50,313 nt of DNA. Origin: a virus. Taxonomy: Duplodnaviria; Caudoviricetes. Both the position numbers and the translations under genes were made by a program. The notes beneath the pieces were generated by a model that saw nothing but the letters and a program-made list of their open reading frames with translations, made no database searches and had not been told where the DNA came from. Every line of letters starts with the position of its first letter. Within the stretch, counting starts at the first letter, position 1. The stretch spans positions 1 through 50,313 of IMG/VR virus record IMGVR_UViG_3300048853_000117; one strand, given 5' to 3'. Positions 44,915 through 50,313 of the stretch are shown here, piece by piece.

Positions 44915-46747
44915 ATGCCGGCGCGCATCGACGACCTGATGGTCCTCGGCCAGAACATCTCCAAGACCGACCTGGCGAAGTACCTCCGCGACCGCGAGGC
45001 GGTGTTGCCGCGCGACTTCGGCGGCCTCGGCGACGGCGCCGCCAACGACCGCACCGCCATCCAGGCCTGCTTCGACCGCGCCGCGGCGGATGGGAAGTTC
45101 GCCGTCGTCCCGCCCGGCACCTGGAACGTCGACGCCGGCGTCACGCTGGGCGGCGGTGCCCGCGGTCTGATCATGCAGGGCGTGATCCAGTACACCGGCG
45201 CGGCCAACGCGCCGGCGAACGTGCTGACGCTGGGCGATGGCGGCACCACGCGCAACGGCGAGAAGCTCTACCTCAACCTGCAGGTCACGCGGCAGATGCA
45301 GTCCGACTGGGCCAGCGAGGCCGACATCGGCATCGTCGCCCGCAACCTGGACTCCTCGCTGCTCGACCTCCGCCTGGTCTCGGGCTTCACGATCGGGCTG
45401 CGCACCCTCGGCGACGGCCGCGGCTTCGAGGACACCACGCTGATCCTCGGGCGCATCCTCAACAACCGCTACGGGCTCGACGCGCACTGCGCCACGGCGA
45501 CGGCCTGGAACACCTCGATCCGCTACTTCGGCGGCCACTTCGCCTGCGCGACCGGGATCAACCCGACCATCGACCGCTTCGGGGTGCGCTTCTCGCGCCA
45601 GGCGGGGGCCTACAACAACCACAACCGGCACATCTTCGACGGGCCGAACTTCGAGCTCCGCCAGCTCGACCCGAACGTCGCCATCCCCTTCCTGAACGAG
45701 ACCAGCGGCACCGCGATCATCGCGCGGGGGATGCGCATGGAGGCCTGCTCGCCTCTCGCGGCGCGGCACACTGGCGCGGCGACCGACTGCGAATACGAGG
45801 TGGCCTGGGCGCAGACCTACGCCATCGGCATCGACTACACCGCGACGGCGACCCGCGCCGGCAATGCGGTGTTCAACCGCCACCGCGCGCCGGCGTCGCG
45901 GCTGACCCGGCTGCTGGCCAACATCCCGAACCTGCGCGCCGCCGCCTTCCGGCACAGCAGCACCGAGATCGGCGTGGAGGGGGCCAGCATCATCGCGACC
46001 TCCACCACCACCGAGACCACTATGGCGGCGCTGTCCTGGAACGGGCTGGACGGCATCGCCGCGACCGGGCGGGGGCTGCTGCTGAACGCGAACCGGGGCG
46101 TCGCCTTCGTGGTGCAGACCACGCACGCGAAGGAGTTCGCCCTGGCGCACTGGCTGGCCGGCGGCGCCGATGGCGGGCGGCTTTGTGTGCGGTGCTTCGA
46201 CGGCGCGGGCACCGTACGGGAGAACCAGCCTCAGGACGTGCTGGCCTCCGGCACCACCATGCAGTGGGACACCGCGTCGAAGAGCTGGCAGGCCGGTGCG
46301 GTGATGCAGGACAGTTCGCTGAACCGGCGGCAGACCGTGCGGCTCGGCGCGGGGGTCGCCTTCGCGCAGATAGGCATCATCGGCTTCGACGGGCAGATCG
46401 AGCTCGAGGCGCTGCGGCTCTATGGCCTGCCGGAGGATGCGCCGGCGATCCTCTACGGCTGCCCCTCGGTGCCGGCAGGGACGCGGACGCTGGCGCTGGA
46501 GACGAGCTGGGACCTGCCGAGCCTCGGGCCCGGTGCAACAGCCAACGTCGACGTGACGGTGCCGGGCGCGCGACGGGGCGACTTTGCGGACGCCTCGCTC
46601 GACACCAGCAGCATCGCATTCGTGCTCGACTGCCATGTGTGGTCGAACAACAACGTCCGCGTGACGGCGCGCAACGTCAGCGCGTCGACGGTGGACCTCG
46701 CCGCGGCGCCGCTATCAGTCCAAGTTATAAAGCGGCGAAACGCATAA
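44915..46747 (+). CDS. Tail spike / receptor-binding protein with pectate-lyase-like beta-helix
   Basis: PRDFGGLGDG..NDRTAIQACFD...VPPGTW (Pectate_lyase_3 start); last structural gene. Confidence 0.75.
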   Translation: MPARIDDLMVLGQNISKTDLAKYLRDREAVLPRDFGGLGDGAANDRTAIQACFDRAAADGKFAVVPPGTWNVDAGVTLGGGARGLIMQGVIQYTGAANAPANVLTLGDGGTTRNGEKLYLNLQVTRQMQSDWASEADIGIVARNLDSSLLDLRLVSGFTIGLRTLGDGRGFEDTTLILGRILNNRYGLDAHCATATAWNTSIRYFGGHFACATGINPTIDRFGVRFSRQAGAYNNHNRHIFDGPNFELRQLDPNVAIPFLNETSGTAIIARGMRMEACSPLAARHTGAATDCEYEVAWAQTYAIGIDYTATATRAGNAVFNRHRAPASRLTRLLANIPNLRAAAFRHSSTEIGVEGASIIATSTTTETTMAALSWNGLDGIAATGRGLLLNANRGVAFVVQTTHAKEFALAHWLAGGADGGRLCVRCFDGAGTVRENQPQDVLASGTTMQWDTASKSWQAGAVMQDSSLNRRQTVRLGAGVAFAQIGIIGFDGQIELEALRLYGLPEDAPAILYGCPSVPAGTRTLALETSWDLPSLGPGATANVDVTVPGARRGDFADASLDTSSIAFVLDCHVWSNNNVRVTARNVSASTVDLAAAPLSVQVIKRRNA

Positions 46748-46802
46748 ATTAATGCCGGCCCCGCCTCGCCAGACTATGGGCTGGCACTCCACTCCGACTG
46801 TG

Positions 46803-47027
46803 TCAACTTATCCGTCGCGCGACGCGGTGTATGCCGGTGCGGGCAAGTTCCTCGATCAACGCATCACGGACTTCCCGAAAACGATCCGACGATACTGTGC
46901 TCTCGGTGGCTGCAGGCTCGATTCTCTCTCCAGCAGACTGGACTGAAGAGGGCGGCGACGGTGACCGTCGACCAGCCACTGGAAGCAGCAACGACGTCTG
47001 AGACGACAGCCGCGTACGCTTTGCCAC
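46803..47027 (-). CDS. Small hypothetical protein (74 aa) coupled to the deaminase
   Basis: GGAGG-6 nt-GTG starting 2 nt after the deaminase TAA; ends ...FREVRDALIEELARTGIHRVARRIS. Confidence 0.5.
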   Translation of the reverse strand: MAKRTRLSSQTSLLLPVAGRRSPSPPSSVQSAGERIEPAATESTVSSDRFREVRDALIEELARTGIHRVARRIS

Positions 47028-47029
47028 CT

Positions 47030-48604
47030 TTAACCTCCCACCTGAGCCAGACGCTGCGAGCCTTTCTGCTCGCTCGTTCTCACCTTGTCGAGGATCAGCT
47101 TCTCGCGTGTGCTGAAGCCATCGAGAGGTGCCGGGAAAACAGGTGTCGCAGTCGCTTGGTTGCATACGACCGCCCGGCCATCCGCTTTCCGCTCGTGTCC
47201 ATGTTTAAAGAGGCGAATCATGTTCTTGGGCGCCACCCCCTCATACTGTAGAAAAACTAGCTTCTTTCCCAAATCCGCCTCAGATACGGATACAGAATCG
47301 CCATGTAAATCCGTTGCCAAACTTTTTGCGTACGGCTCAATATAAACGACACGGCTAATCCCGCTCGCCACGGCATGACGTGCGCAGCTATGACATGGAA
47401 AAGTGGTTGAATAAAGGACGGATCCTACCAAACCGGATTTCCCAGCCCTCGCAACCGAAAGAATGGCCTCCATCTCAGCGTGAACCGCTCTTGAATACTC
47501 AATGAGGTTTTTGACATCAGTTTTCTTAAGGGCCTTTGTTATATTCTCTTCGTCTGCCATGGCGGTCAGGAGGTTGGACTTCTTAAGTTCTTGGTGAATC
47601 GCGCGATACAAAGACTGTTTTCGCTGATCATTGTGACAAACGCCGTCGCGCCACTTGAAGCAGCGGTGGTCATGCTCGTCATCTTCAGTACAATATAGTC
47701 CGCCCTTCGCTTTAGGAACGTCATTCGCGCCAATCCCAATCAGCTCTCCAGCTTCACTGTAAATCGCGGCGCCAACCTGACGTGACATGCAAGCAGAATT
47801 GGATGCTTGAGCGGTGGCCTTATCCATCGCCGTTTCGTCTCGAGTTGGGGTGTTGACTCCAATATTAAACAATATTTTCAGGAATCTTCCGAGGGTTTTT
47901 CGTAGCCCCACATCGTTTTCACTATCGTTTCTTACAAAGAAATCGGCTTGATATGCAGTGTCTCTTACTTTTTGCCCGTGAGGCAGGCCATCCGACTCGT
48001 CATCTTCAATAGTCTTGCTCAGCTCCGCAGCTGCGTGGCCCAACCCCTTCAGGCGCGAAACCCGAACAGACTCTGGCGCAAAAACCCCAATAAGCCAGAA
48101 TGTATCGCCATAAACGTCGCGAAGAAGATCGACTTCGCTCGGGTGCTTAAGTGAGTCGATGATGTGCACCCGACGCCTACCGACTGGAATTGGATCTGCC
48201 CCCACTCCCGCGTCGGCATATCCAGAATTGATCTTCCGATCGACCGCTATCTTTTCAACGCACTTTTCTGACAAATACGAACTTGAAAGAGAATCTCTAA
48301 GTAGATTTCCAGCCTTTTGTAATCCCCTGATGCGCTCGTGTAGGGTGACGTCCTTGGGCGGCACGGAAATGCCAACCGAGGGAGCGGCTTCACGAATTAT
48401 CTCGCTAACCCGGATTGGGTGAATGGTATATCCATACTCAGTCCGCATAATTTCGGCCATAAGTCCGGCCGATTTCGAAACGCCCGAACCTACTGCGCCG
48501 ACGAATCCGATTACCAACTCTTCGGTGCGCCGATCACTCAGCTGGACAAGCGGGCGTTCACTTTGTGTGCCCTCTACAAAGGCCGGTAGGGCGGAAGCGG
48601 ACAT
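47030..48604 (-). CDS. avcD: Anti-phage dCTP/dCMP deaminase (P-loop kinase plus deaminase domains, AvcD-like)
   Basis: ELVIGFVGAVGSG P-loop, IIDSLKHPSEV, S.CMSRQVGA, GANDVP, HAEMEA, TTFPCHSCARH, YIEPY.KS; low GC; start MSASAL at 48604. Confidence 0.88.
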   Translation of the reverse strand: MSASALPAFVEGTQSERPLVQLSDRRTEELVIGFVGAVGSGVSKSAGLMAEIMRTEYGYTIHPIRVSEIIREAAPSVGISVPPKDVTLHERIRGLQKAGNLLRDSLSSSYLSEKCVEKIAVDRKINSGYADAGVGADPIPVGRRRVHIIDSLKHPSEVDLLRDVYGDTFWLIGVFAPESVRVSRLKGLGHAAAELSKTIEDDESDGLPHGQKVRDTAYQADFFVRNDSENDVGLRKTLGRFLKILFNIGVNTPTRDETAMDKATAQASNSACMSRQVGAAIYSEAGELIGIGANDVPKAKGGLYCTEDDEHDHRCFKWRDGVCHNDQRKQSLYRAIHQELKKSNLLTAMADEENITKALKKTDVKNLIEYSRAVHAEMEAILSVARAGKSGLVGSVLYSTTFPCHSCARHAVASGISRVVYIEPYAKSLATDLHGDSVSVSEADLGKKLVFLQYEGVAPKNMIRLFKHGHERKADGRAVVCNQATATPVFPAPLDGFSTREKLILDKVRTSEQKGSQRLAQVGG

Positions 48605-48733
48605 GCGGCGCCAGAACCTCCGAATCGATTGCGCGCCAGAATGACACATTTGCGCGGAGCGGATCGAGCGCCCAGGTGTCGGCCTGCGAAGCAAGTGCGT
48701 CACTTGCCTCCAGCGCGCGGGAGCAGTTCCGCT

Positions 48734-48746
48734 CCCCCCCCCCCCC
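48734..48746. repeat. C13 homopolymer tract in the divergent intergenic region
   Basis: 13 consecutive C residues. Confidence 0.85.
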
Positions 48747-48874
48747 GGCCGCGCCTGGGTAGAACGATTGATCAGCTTCCAGGGATAATGTCGCGGGAGT
48801 GGCTTGAAGGAATGTGTTGACAGCAGCTGAGGCTCGTCACGTCCTTGAGGGCTGTTGCCCCCCTCAGGCCCCCA

Positions 48875-50313
48875 ATGACGGAATCTCTCGCTCAACACGC
48901 CGGCGTGCGTTTCCTTGCTTCTACGACCGAGGACCTTGTCGCGGCATTGAAGGCCCGTCAGGCCAGGGTTGCCGAGATCGTCGAGGAGCGTAGGCCGACT
49001 CACGCAACGGGTCGGCTCTCTGAGTTCGTCGATGGCATTTGGTCGCCAACTACCATCAGGGCTGTCCGCCGCTAAACGTCGTCGGCCTCCAGTTGAATAT
49101 TCTCTGGGCCTCCCTGCCGCAGGGCTGGGTGTGCCCCTGCTGCCGGCGCTCGAAAGACGCAACGATCTTCACTGCACCAATCGACAAAGACGTGCCCGAC
49201 AAGGGGCGGGTCGCCATCGCGCATGCGGTGGAGCACCACGACCATTTCGTACCCTACGTGAACCATGCCTTCCATGCGGTCCTGGGGCCGAACTGGGCAC
49301 GGGACTTCCCAGCCGCCACTGAGGTGCAGCGGCGACTAGCCTTCGGCGTCACATCCTTTGACCGGACTATTGTCTGCGAGGCCTGTAACTTCGCAGAGAG
49401 CCAAGCCAAGATGTTGCTTTGGCGGCGCGTGAAGCTCGATAGGGAGTTCCGCGAATACTTCAGCTTCGCCGTGGACGAGATCAGAACCTTCATTCGCCCG
49501 GTGCCCAACGCGCACCACCAGATTAGCGAGGCGGCGGTGATGGAAGTCTTCGAGCGTCGCCGGAATCTTGAAGTCATGGCGTTTCGCAAGGGGGAGGTCG
49601 ACACGCAGGTCCGGCTGGTGAGGGAGGGGATCCATTGGCGAAGCGCTGAGCCGCCGGCGCCGGACGCCAACGCAGTTAACGAGAGCTATCAAATGACACT
49701 GCTCGAATTCGGCCTCGAGCACGGGCCAAATTTCTCCTTCGACCAACTATCCGCGACGAGCCAGGGTCAGACTGTCGACCCTGACGCTTGGATCGAGAAG
49801 CGAGCGAAGCGGACAGGCTTTGTGATGGACAAAGGGGCAGAGGAATTCCTCGCTAACGATTACATATCTAAGGAGCTCGGTCGGGGCTGGTCCTGCCCCT
49901 GCTGTTCGCGCAGCATCCGCGCAGCAATCCGTCGCAACAACAAGCGCACGCTGACCCTGCAGCCGCGCGTAGTTCGGCCGGGTGGCGCCGAGCCGCAGAC
50001 AGTCTGCATCGACTGCTGCACCTCGATGCAGCGCATCGCCGGATCCGCTGAAGCGGCCCGGGACGACGTAACTTTCGAGGACGTGCGTGAGGTATTCGCC
50101 TTCGCAAGCAACGAGCCACACCGAACACGGTCTGCGGCCCTCGCGCGCATGGTGATTGAGCGCGTCGGCCGGCGTGCGGCCGCCGCTCGCGCTGCGATGG
50201 AAGCTGAACTCAGCCAAATCGCAGCGCAACGCCTGGCGACCGATCGCCCCGTTCGCGCTGGAACCTCTTCTGCCCGGATCCGGCGGCCCACGGGAGCTGG
50301 GGGGCTCTACTAG
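48875..50313 (+). pseudogene. Zn-binding/HNH-like protein with a duplicated CPCC module; apparent 1-nt frameshift near 49072
   Basis: MTESLAQ...DGIWSPTTIRAVRR* (48875-49075) continues in another frame as LNVVGLQLNILWASLPQGWVCPCC...HHDH...CEACN; second WSCPCC...CIDC module. Confidence 0.6.

Larger units (their letters stand above)
2930..46747. mobile_element. Lambda-like siphoviral prophage (boundaries approximate; flanking cargo may belong to it)
   Basis: Ordered integration, immunity, replication, packaging, head, lysis and tail modules; att sites not found. Confidence 0.9.

Noticed and set aside
43168-46752. 1194-aa ORF and other long alternative or antisense ORFs (e.g. 14381-16495, 29358-31562, 44438-46636)
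   Set aside because: Stop-poor shadow frames of high-GC genes, with no recognisable motifs
44915-47030. Diversity-generating retroelement or invertible tail-fibre cassette
   Set aside because: No reverse transcriptase, no template/variable repeat pair, and no invertase or inverted fibre segments seen
48605-49162. 710-aa version of the deaminase
   Set aside because: The extension runs through the homopolymer tract and the divergent gene; homology-like sequence begins only after 48604

Overview
The window is dominated by an apparently complete, roughly 44 kb, very GC-rich lambda-like siphoviral prophage at about 2.9-46.75 kb. Its gene content resembles alphaproteobacterial prophages; the host assignment is an inference. 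From left to right it contains: a DUF2924/large serine recombinase integration module; an ImmA/ImmR-type switch facing an ECF-sigma-like gene; a Sak4/SSB/Cas4-like/helicase/prim-pol replication block; a lambda-like cos site followed by two ParB-methyltransferases; TerS/TerL, portal and a protease-capsid fusion; a lysin; and a long non-contractile tail with a gpG/gpGT frameshift, tape measure protein and a beta-helix tail spike. Accessory cargo sits at three hotspots. (i) Left end: a phosphorothioation-associated methyltransferase plus an M15-like peptidase. (ii) Inside the tail operon: an antisense 764-aa PD-(D/E)XK-like/Zn-cluster orphan bracketed by short GTCCGC..GCGGAC-type palindromes, my best candidate for an undescribed antiphage system. 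(iii) Right end: an AvcD-like dCTP deaminase with a coupled small ORF, a C13 tract, and a divergent frameshifted gene with a duplicated Zn/HNH-like module. att sites were not identified. All product calls come from motif recognition only; no database searches were run.
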